Source: an uncultured bacterium (lineage in GTDB: Bacteria > Zixibacteria > MSB-5A5 > UBA10806). Taken from it: a stretch of DNA of 64,000 nt. The stretch covers positions 1 through 64,000 of the forward strand of contig CBEUCH010000013.1 of NCBI GenBank assembly GCA_965541585.1. Reading direction: 5' to 3'. This document shows positions 51,463 through 63,400 of this stretch, one piece after another. Numbering within the stretch: position 1 is the first letter of the stretch; each line of letters opens with the position of its first letter. Under the pieces are notes generated by a model that worked only from the letters and a program-made list of their open reading frames with translations, did not search any database and was not told the origin of the DNA. A program made the position numbers and the translations under genes.

Positions 51463-54400
51463 ATGATACCTAAACAGCCGCGAAAAGCCATTGGATACCT
51501 TCCGCTCGCGTTGTTTGCTCTAATTTTCCTTTTCCCACTCTCCGCCAGAGCGCAACTGGCGGAATCGCTTTATGTGGACTCGTCCTCCAGCTCCAGACCG
51601 ATTAGTTCGGAGATCAACAGTCATGGTGCGACCGATGGTGCTGAAGCAAGCATTTCAGGGAATTTGGCCGCTCCTCAAGACACTTGGACGTTTGATTTTG
51701 ATGACACGATTAACCCCGGCCAAGTGATCATAAATGCCCAGATTTTCATTACTCACCGACAGTCTGGATATATTGACGACAGCCTGGTGATCGAATATTT
51801 TGATGGAAACAATTTTATTCAATTTGAGTCGTTCGCCAATGTGCCTACTTCTCTAACCACAATTGGGCCCTTCAACGCAGATTCTATCACCTCCACTGAT
51901 CAGCTCAATGGATTTCAGGTTCAGATGCGGGGTATTCAGAAAGCTCGCGGGCATGACGTGATAACATATTACGTCGATGCCGTAGAGCTTCGATTGACTT
52001 ACCAAGCTAACGAACCACCTGTTGTTGACCCTATCCCTCCTCAAATAATAGCTGAGGGCGCCCATCTTGATGTGAGGTTGACTGCAAGCGATCCGGATAT
52101 CGGCGATATATTAACCTTAACTGCGGAAAATCTTCCCCCAAATGCCAGCTTCAGTGATTCATCCGGCGGCGTCGGTGGTCTAATATTTGACCCCGATTTT
52201 ACCCAAGCAGGATTTTATCAGGTAAGCATTATAGCTACGGATCAGGGGGGGCTTGCCGATACGGGAACGGTTGATATAACTGTCACGAATGTCGATCTAC
52301 CTCCGGTTTTAGATCCTATATCACCACAGATAATGGCGGAAGGCGCTCACCTCGATTTGACGATAACGGCGTCTGATCCTGACGGGGATGTCATCGGTCT
52401 GGTGGCGGAGTTATTGCCACCCAATTCGGCTTTCTTCGATTCCACCGGTGGGATAGGCGGCTTCACCTTCGATCCTGATTATACTCAATCCGGTCCTCAT
52501 CAGGTGCGGTTTATAGCGAGTTCTAATTCACTTGCAGACACTCAGCTTGTTGATATCACTGTCACCGATGTCGACCGTCCGCCGGTTTTAGATCCTATAT
52601 CGCCACAGATAATGGCGGAGGGCGACCATCTCGATTTGCGTGTTACGGCGTCTGATCCAGACGGGGATGTCATCAGTCTGCTGGCGGAACTGTTACCTCC
52701 TAATTCCGCTTTCTTCGATTCGACCGGAGGGGTGGGCGGTTTCACGTTTGATCCTGATTATACTCAATCCGGTCCTCATCAGATAAGATTTATAGCAAGT
52801 TCTAATTCACTAGCAGACACTCATCTTGTAGATATCACTGTCACGAATGTTGACCGTCCGCCGGTTTTAGATCCGATATCGCCGCAGATTATGGCGGAGG
52901 GCGATCATCTCGATTTGCGTGTAACGGCTTCAGATCCCGATGGCGATCTGATCGGTCTGGTGGCGGAGTTATTACCACCCAATTCGGCTTTCTTCGACTC
53001 GACCGGTGGGGTGGGCGGATTCACCTTCGATCCCGACTATACGCAGTCGGGTCCTCACCAGGTGCGGTTTATAGCGAGTTCTAATTCACTTGCAGACACT
53101 CAGCTTGTTGATATAACTGTCACGGATGTCGACCGTCCACCGGTTTTAGATCCTATCTCTCCTCAAACTATGGCGGAGGGCGATCATCTCGATTTGCGTG
53201 TAACGGCCTCTGATCCTGACGGCGATCCAATCAGTCTGGTGGCGGAATTATTGCCACCTAATTCTGCTTTCTTCGACTCGACCGGTGGGGTGGGTGGCTT
53301 CACGTTCGATCCCGACTATACGCAATCCGGTCCTCACCAGGTGAGGTTTATAGCCAACTCGAACTCGTTGGCTGATACCCAGCTTGTTGATATAACCGTC
53401 ACGAATGTCGACCTGCCGCCGGTATTGGATCCTATCTCTCCTCAAACCATGGCAGAAGGCGATCATCTCGATTTGACGATAACGGCGTCTGATCCTGACG
53501 GGGATGTCATCGGTCTGGTGGGGGAGCTTTTACCTCCCAATTCGGCTTTCTTCGATTCGACCGGTGGGGTGGGCGGATTCACGTTTGATCCTGATTATAC
53601 TCAATCCGGTCCTCATCAAGTAAGGTTTATAGCCAACTCGAACTCGTTGGCTGACACCCAGCTTGTGGATATAACCGTCACCAATGTCGATCTGCCGCCT
53701 GCTCTGGATCCGATCTCACCCCAGACAGTATTTGAAGGTGCGCATCTTGATTTACGGGTGACGGCCTCGGATGCCGATGGGGATGTCATCAGTCTGGTGG
53801 CGGAATTATTGCCTGCCAATTCGGCTTTTTTCGATTCCACCGGAGGAATCGGGGGATTTACATTTGATCCGGATTATGACCAGGCGGGGCCATATCAGGT
53901 TCGATTCATAGCTTCTTCCACCGCTCTTGCAGATACGCAGTTAGTGGACATAACGGTCATAAATGTCGGCCTGCCTCCTGTGATTGACCCTGTTTCAGCT
54001 CAATCTGTGGATGAGGCGGGACATCTCGACGTAAGGGTAACCGCCTCAGATCCTGATCTGGGAGATGTGATTACATTGACCGCAGAGCAGCTGCCGGCCA
54101 ACGCCAGTTTTGCTGACTCTTCGGGTGGTGTAGGGGGTTTGGTTTTTGACCCTGACTTTACACAGGCTGGTTTTTATCAGGTCAGAATAATAGCCACCGA
54201 TACGGGGGCGCTGGCCGATACGGAAATGGTTGACATTACGGTCAATCAGATTAATGCGCCGCCGGTACTGGAACCTATCGGCCCACGGTTTGTCGATGAG
54301 GGTTCCCATCTTGAATTTGTATTAATCTCCTCCGATGTGGATGGAGACAGTATAATATTGACTGCTGAAAATCTTCCTGCCAACTCAGCATTCGCCGATA

Positions 54401-57400
54401 GCGGCAACGGACACGGGCTATTCCAATTCGATCCGGATTTCAATCAGAGCGCAATCTACCCCGTTAGATTTATCGCCTCCGACGGTATCCTTGCAGATTC
54501 TGAGATTGTAGATATAACGGTTAACGATGTTGACCGGTCGCCGATTTTAGATCCTATATCGCCGCAGATTATGGCTGAGGGTGGTCATCTCGATTTGAGG
54601 GTAACGGCCTCCGATCCGGATGGCGATCCGATCGGTCTTATAGCGGAGTTGTTGCCTCCCAATTCGGCTTTCTTTGATTCGACCGGAGGCGTGGGCGGTT
54701 TTACCTTCGATCCTGATTACACCCAATCGGGACCTCACCAGGTGAGATTTATAGCAAACTCAAATGCTTTAGCAGATACTCAACTTGTAGATATCACTGT
54801 CACGAATGTCGATCTGCCGCCGGTTTTAGATCCGATATCGCCGCAGACTATGGGTGAGGGTGGTCATCTCGATTTGAGGGTAACGGCCTCCGATCCTGAC
54901 GGTGATCCGATCGGTCTTATAGCGGAGTTATTGCCAGCCAATTCAGCATTCTTTGATTCGACGGGAGGAGTGGGTGGTTTCACATTCGATCCTGATTACA
55001 CTCAATCAGGACCTCACCAGGTGAGATTCATAGCAAACTCGAACTCTTTGGCGGACACTCAGCTTGTAGATATAACTGTCACGAATGTCGATCTGCCGCC
55101 GGTTTTGGATCCGATATCGCCGCAGATAATGGCCGAGGGCGGTCATCTCGATTTGAGGGTAACGGCCTCCGATCCGGATGGCGATCCGATCGGTCTTATA
55201 GCGGAATTATTGCCTCCCAATTCGGCATTCTTCGATTCGACCGGAGGAGTGGGAGGTCTCATTTTCGACCCGGATTACACTCAATCAGGACCTCATCAGG
55301 TGCGGTTTATCGCGAATTCAAACTCATTGGCGGACACTCAGCTTGTTGATATAACTGTCACCAATGTAGATCTGCCGCCGGTTTTAGATCCGATATCGCC
55401 GCAGATTATGGCGGAGGGTGATCATCTCGATTTGAGGATTACAACTTCAGATCCTGATGGCGATCCCATCGGTCTTATAGCGGAGTTATTGCCTCCGAAT
55501 TCGGCCTTCTTCGATTCCACCGGAGGAGTGGGAGGATTCACATTCGATCCGGATTACACTCAATCAGGGCCTCACCAGGTGAGATTTATTGCGAATTCAA
55601 ACTCATTGGCGGACACTCAGCTTGTAGATATAACCGTCACGAATGTAGATCTGCCGCCGGTTTTAGATCCGATATCGCCGCAGATTATGGCCGAGGGCGA
55701 TCATCTCGATTTGAGGGTAACGGCCTCTGATCCCGACGGTGACCCCATCGGTCTTATAGCGGAGTTATTGCCTCCCAATTCGGCCTTCTTTGATTCCACC
55801 GGAGGAGTGGGAGGCTTCACATTCGATCCGGATTACACCCAATCAGGACCTCACCAGGTAAGATTTATTGCAAACTCGAATGCTTTAGCAGACACTCAAC
55901 TTGTAGATATCACTGTCACGAATGTCGACCTGCCGCCTGTTTTAGATCCGATATCTCCGCAGATTATGGCCGAGGGCGGCCATCTCGATTTGAGGGTAAC
56001 GGCCTCCGATCCGGATGGAGATCCCATTGGTCTTATAGCGGAGTTATTGCCAGCCAATTCGGCCTTCTTCGATTCCACGGGAGGAGTGGGTGGTTTCACA
56101 TTCGATCCTGATTACAGCCAATCAGGACCTCACCAGGTGAGATTTATTGCAAATTCAAACTCTTTGGCGGACACTCAGCTTGTAGATATAACCGTCACGA
56201 ATGTAGATCTGCCGCCGGTTTTAGATCCGATATCGCCGCAGATTATGGCTGAGGGCGATCATCTTGATTTGAGGATTACGGCTTCAGATCCCGATGGCGA
56301 TCCAGTCGGTCTTATAGCAGAGTTATTGCCTCCCAATTCGGCTTTCTTTGATTCCACCGGAGGCGTGGGAGGTTTCACATTCGATCCGGATTACACCCAA
56401 TCAGGACCTCACCAGGTGCGGTTTATTGCAAATTCAAACTCATTGGCGGACACTCAACTTGTAGATATCACTGTCACGAATGTCGATCTGCCGCCGGTTT
56501 TAGATCCTATATCGCCGCAGATTTTGGCTGAGGGGGATCATCTTGATTTGAGGATTACGGCTTCAGATCCTGACGGCGATCCAATAGGTATTATAGCGGA
56601 GTTATTGCCAGCCAATTCGGCATTCTTTGATTCCACCGGAGGAGTGGGAGGATTTACCTTCGATCCGGATTACACCCAATCAGGACCTCACCAGGTGCGG
56701 TTTATTGCAAATTCAAATACTCTAGCGGATACTCAGCTTGTAGATATCACTGTCACGAATGTAGATCTGCCGCCTGTGTTAGATCCTATATCCCCGCAGA
56801 TTATAGCCGAGGGCGGCCATCTCGATTTGAGGGTAACAGCTTCTGATCCCGACGGTGATCCCGTCGGTCTTATGGCGGAGCTATTGCCTGCCAATTCGGC
56901 CTTCTTTGATTCGACAGGAGGAGTGGGCGGATTGACATTCGATCCGGATTACACCCAATCAGGACCTCACCAGGTGCGGTTTATTGCGAATTCAAATACT
57001 CTAGCGGATACTCAGCTTGTAGATATCACTGTCACGAATGTAGATCTGCCGCCTGTGTTAGATCCGATATCGCCGCAGATTATGGCTGAGGGCGATCATC
57101 TTGATTTGAGGATAACGGCCTCCGATCCCGATGGCGATCCGATCGGTCTGATAGCGGAGTTATTGCCGGCCAATTCGGCCTTCTTCGATTCCACCGGAGG
57201 CGTGGGAGGATTCACATTCGATCCGGATTATACCCAATCAGGACCTCACCAGGTGAGATTCATAGCAAACTCGAACTCATTAGCAGACACTCAACTTGTA
57301 GATATCACCGTTACCGATGTTGATTTACCGCCGGTCTTTGATCCTATTCCTTCGCAATCGGTTGACGAAAACAGCCATCTGGATATCAGGGTTACAGCAT

Positions 57401-60400
57401 CGGATTTCGACGGTGACCCGATCATATTAACCGCAGAGGGGCTGCCTGCCAATGCCAGTTTTGCTGATTCTTCCAATGGTGTGGGTGGCTTTACGTTCGA
57501 CCCGGATTTCTTCCAATCCGGCGACTATACGGTTACTTTTATTGCTAATTCAAACGCCCTGGCGGATACGGAATTTGTAGATATAACAGTAAATAATGTA
57601 AACCGCGCCCCGTTATTGAATCCGATTGGCAATCGCTCAGTCATCGAGGGTGGAAATATCAGCTTCGAGATTACAGCCTCTGACCCGGATTTGGTGACGC
57701 CTTCCCTTACAGCCCAGGATTTACCAATAAATGCCAGTTTTGTGGATTCTCTCGATGGTACAGGCCAATTTACTTTTAATCCCGGCTACACGCAGGCCGG
57801 ATTATATGATGTGCTCTTTATCGCCAGCGATGGAGACCTGGCCGATTCTGAAATGGTGCAGATAACTGTATTCGATGCCGGTAACCAGCCGCCCGAAATA
57901 GACTACATAGGCCCGCAGCTGGTTTACGAAGGATATCATCTTGAACTTCTGGTCACGGCCAGCGACCCGGATAGCACAATACCCGCTTTGCAGGGATTGA
58001 ATTTGCCCGCCAATTCAGCTTTTGCGGATTCAGGCAACGGGAATGCATCGTTTACGTTCGATCCCGATTATACCCAGTCGGGAGTTTATAATGTTTTATT
58101 CAGAGCTTACGATGGTGGTCTTTATGATTCGCTCTGGGTGGGGATCACCGTACTGGATTCCAATCGCACTCCGATCTTGGATCCCATCGGCTCTCAAACT
58201 GTTACAGAAGGCAATAGGCTTCAGTTTGTGATTACATCCTCCGATCCTGACGGAACAACACCGCAGCTATCAACCGGTGCGCTACCGTTCAATGCTGTTT
58301 TTGAGGATTCGCTCAACGGAAATGGTCTGTTTACATTCGATCCTGATTTCACTCAATCGGGTATCGATACCATTCTATTTGTTGCTGCCGACGGTCTTCT
58401 GGCCGATTCGGAGTTCGTTGAGATAACAATACTGGAATTCGGCAATAATCCCCCTGTATTAGATCCCATTGGCCCTCAGTCTGTGGACGAGGGGAGTCAA
58501 TTACAGGTGATCATCTCGGCGTCGGATCTCGACGGCACTATTCCCTCTCTGGCGGCAGAAGGTCTACCGGCGAACGCTGCCTTCACCGATAGCCTGAACG
58601 GCCGCGGTTTATTTGAATTCTCACCATCATATTTCCAATCGGGCCCTTATCAGGTCAGATTTATAGCATCCGACGGGGTGGCGTCTGATACAGAGCTTGT
58701 AGATATTACAGTTAATGATATTGATCGTCTGCCGGTCTTAGATCCGATTTCGCCACAGATTTTGGCTGAAGGCGATCATCTTGATTTGCGTGTAACGGCC
58801 TCGGATCCCGATGGCGATCCAATCAATCTTTTGGCAGAGTTGTTACCTGCGAATTCGGCTTTCTTCGATTCGACCGGAGGAGTTGGAGGTTTTACCTTCG
58901 ATCCGGATTACACCCAATCAGGACCTCACCAGGTGAGATTTATTGCAAATTCAAATGCTCTTGCTGATACTCAACTTGTAGATATAACTGTCACGAATGT
59001 AGATCTGCCACCGGTTTTAGATCCCATTTCAGCACAGATAGTTGCCGAGGGTGATCATCTTGATTTGCGCATTACAGCATCAGATCCTGACGGTGATCCG
59101 ATCGGTCTGGTGGCGGAGTTATTGCCTCCCAATTCGGCCTTCTTCGATTCCACCGGAGGCGTGGGAGGTTTCACCTTCGATCCGGATTACACTCAATCCG
59201 GCCCTCACCAGGTGCGATTCATAGCATCATCCACTACTTTTGCGGATACCCAACTGGTTGACATAACCGTTACAGATGTCGATCTGCCGCCGGTTTTAGA
59301 TCCCATTTCAGCACAGGTGATTGCCGAGGGTAATCATCTTGATTTGCGCATTACAGCATCAGATCCCGACGGTGATCCAATCGGCCTGGTGGCAGAGTTA
59401 TTGCCTCCCAATTCAGCCTTCTTCGATTCGACAGGAGGAGTGGGAGGTTTTACCTTCGATCCGGATTACACCCAATCAGGACCTCACCAGGTGAGATTTA
59501 TTGCAAATTCAAATGCTCTTGCTGATACTCAACTTGTAGATATCACTGTCACGAATGTCGATCTGCCACCGGTTCTGGATCCTATCTCGCCGCAGACTAT
59601 GGCTGAAGGCGATCATCTTGATTTGAGGATAACGGCCTCTGATCCCGATGGTGATCCCATCGGCCTTATAGCGGAGTTGTTGCCTCCCAATTCGGTCTTC
59701 TTCGATTCCACTGGAGGAGTAGGAGGATTCACATTCGATCCGGATTACACCCAATCAGGACCTCATCAGGTGAGATTTATTGCAAATTCAAACTCATTGG
59801 CGGACACTCAACTTGTAGATATAACTGTCACGAATGTAGATCTGCCGCCTGTGTTAGATCCGATCTCACCTCAGACCATGGCTGAAGGAGACCATCTCGA
59901 TTTGAGGATTACAGCTTCCGATCCGGATGGTGATCCCATCGGTATTATAGCGGAGTTATTACCTCCCAATTCGGCCTTCTTCGATTCGACAGGAGGCGTG
60001 GGAGGTTTTACCTTCGATCCGGATTATACTCAATCCGGCCCTCACCAAGTGAGATTCATAGCGAATTCCAATTCTCTGGCAGATACCCAGGTCGTTGATA
60101 TAACCGTTACTGAGGTAGACCGTCCACCTGTTTTAGATCCGATATCGCCACAAACTATGGCCGAGGGCGATCATCTTGATTTGAGGATAACAGCCTCAGA
60201 TCCCGACGGCGATCTCATCGGTCTGGTGGCGGAATTGTTGCCGGTTAATTCAGCCTTCTTCGATTCGACCGGAGGAGTAGGAGGTTTAACCTTCGATCCC
60301 GATTACACGCAATCCGGCCCTCACCAGGTGAGATTCATAGCCAGTTCGAATTCGTTAGCAGACACTCAGCTTGTTGATATAACTGTCACGAATGTCGATC

Positions 60401-63400
60401 TGCCGCCGGTGTTAGATCCGATATCGCCGCAGACTGTAGCCGAGGGCGGCCATCTTGATTTGAGGATAACGGCCTCTGATCCCGACGGCGATCCGATCGG
60501 TCTGGTAGCAGAGTTGTTGCCGGTCAATTCGGCCTTCTTCGATTCCACGGGAGGAGTAGGAGGATTCACATTCGATCCCGATTACACCCAATCAGGACCT
60601 CATCAGGTGAGATTTATAGCAACTTCAAATTCATTAGCCGACACTCAGCTTGTTGATATTACAGTTACTGAATTAGACCGTTCACCTGTGTTAGATCCGA
60701 TATCGCCGCAGACCATGGCTGAAGGCGATCATCTCGATCTGCGGATAACGGCCTCCGATCCCGATGGCGATCCTGTTGGTCTGGTAGCGGAGTTGTTGCC
60801 GGCCAATTCGGCATTCTTTGACTCCACTGGAGGAGTCGGCGGTTTCACCTTCGATCCCGATTACACTCAATCCGGCCCTTATCAAGTGAGATTTATAGCA
60901 AATTCAAATTCTCTGGCCGACACTCAGCTGGTTGATATAACCGTTACTGAATTAGACCGTCCACCTGTTATAGATCCGATATCGCCGCAGACTATGGCCG
61001 AAGGAGATCACCTCGATTTAAGGATAACAGCGGCTGATCCGGACGGCGATGCCATATCTCTTGTGGCCGAGCTATTGCCGGTCAATTCGGCTTTCTTCGA
61101 TTCCACCGGAGGAGTAGGAGGATTCACCTTCGATCCGGATTACACCCAATCCGGCCCTTATCAAATAAGATTCATAGCAAATTCAAATTCATTAGCAGAC
61201 ACCCAGCTTGTTGATATAACCGTTACGAATGTCGATCTGCCGTCGGTGTTAGATCCGATATCGCCGCAGACTATGGCTGAGGGCGATCATCTCGATTTGA
61301 GGATAACGGCCTCTGATCCGGATGGCGATCCGATCGGTCTGGTGGCGGAGTTATTGCCTGCCAATTCGGCCTTTTTTGATTCGACCGGAGGAGTAGGAGG
61401 TTTCACCTTCGATCCCGATTACACTCAATCCGGCCCTCACCAGGTGAGATTTATTGCAAATTCAAACTCGTTAGCAGACACTCAGCTTGTAGATATCACA
61501 GTTACTGAGCTAGACCGTCAGCCGGTGTTAGATCCGATCTCGCCGCAGACTATGGCCGAAGGCGATCATCTCGATTTGAGGATAACGGCTTCTGATCCGG
61601 ATGGCGATCCGGTAGGCCTGGTAGCGGAGTTGTTGCCTCCCAATTCGGCTTTCTTTGATTCGACGGGAGGAGTCGGTGGATTTACGTTCGATCCCGATTA
61701 TACTCAATCCGGCCCTTATCAGGTGAGATTTATCGCGAATTCGAATTCTCTGGCAGACACCCAGCTTGTAGATATAACCGTTACGAATGTCGATCTGCCG
61801 CCGCTATTAGATCCCATATCGCCGCAGACTGTGTCGGAGGGCGGCCATCTCGATCTGAGGATAACGGCCTCAGATCCGGATGGCGATCCAGTTGGTCTGG
61901 TGGCGGAGTTGTTACCTCCCAATTCAGCGTTTTTCGATTCGACGGGAGGCGTTGGTGGATTCACATTCGATCCGGATTATACTCAATCCGGTCCTTATCA
62001 GGTGAGATTCATCGCGAATTCAAACTCTCTATCTGATACCCAACTGGTGGATATCACGGTGCTTGAGGCGGGGGATCAGCCGCCGATATGGGATCCCATA
62101 TCGCCGCAGACGGTTGCGGAGGGGGATCATCTGGATCTTCAGGTGACGGCCACCGATCCTGAGGGCGATATCATTTCACTGACGGCGGAGTTGTTGCCTG
62201 CAAATTCGGCGTTTGTCGATTCGACCGGAGGAGTTGGAGGATTCACGTTTGATCCCGACTACTTCCAGGCCGATTTATATCAGGTCAGGTTCATTGCGAC
62301 TGCAAACGCCCAATCGGATACGGCGCTTGTAGACATCACGGTCACCGACACACCTCGTCCGCCTATCTGGGATCCGATTGGTGACCGGGCCTTATTTGAG
62401 GGTGAGAGCATCAGCTTTATTGTCACGGCCACTGATCCCGATTTGACTATACCGTTGCTTAGCGTCGACAGCCTGCCTGCCAATGCTGTCTTTACCGACA
62501 GTCTCAATGGTAACGGACTGTTCAGTTTCTCGCCGGATTACACGCAGGCGGGTCAGCATATTTTGACCTTTATCGCCTCCGACGGAGTTTTATCCGATTC
62601 GGAGGTGGTTAACATATTCGTTTTCGAGGCCGGCAACCAGCCGCCGGAGATAGATTCGGTGGCTCCGCAGTCGGTGGTTGAAGCACAGCATCTCGAGTTT
62701 GTGGTGACCTCCTCCGATCCGGAGGGTACAATACCGGCCTTGCAGGCCTTTGATCTGCCTGCCAATGCGGCCTTTGCCGATTCGGGCAACGGTCACGGTC
62801 TGTTTACTTTCGATCCGGACTATACGCAGTCCGGTGTCCACAATGTCTTATTCCAGGCCTTTGACGGTGAGTTGTACGATTCGCTCTATGTGGAGATCAC
62901 GGTAGTGGACTTCCCGTTCGCGCCTGTGTTGGATCCCATCGGGGCTCAGATAGTAACTGAGGGTGACACGCTGCAGGTTGTAATAACCTCATCGGATCCT
63001 GACGGCACCGATCCGCAGCTTCTGACCGGTCCACTTCCGGTCAATGCTACATTTGAGGATTCATTAAACGGTCATGGTCTGTTTGTATTCACTCCTGACT
63101 TTACGCAAGCCGGGATTGATACGGTGTTGTTCATTGCTACCGATGGCGCTTTGTCGGATTCGGAGTATGTGCAGATAACGGTGGTGGAGTTTGGCAACAA
63201 TCCACCGGTGTTGGATCCTATCAGTTCGCAGACTGTCGATGAGGGATCGCTGTTGCAAGTTTTAGTCTCGGCTTCCGATCCGGACAGCACCATACCGTTG
63301 CTTTCAACAATTATCCTTCCCGTGAACGCGACCTTTACAGACAGTCTCAACGGTACGGGGTTGTTGGAGTTTACCCCGGACTACTTCCAGTCGGGCGTAT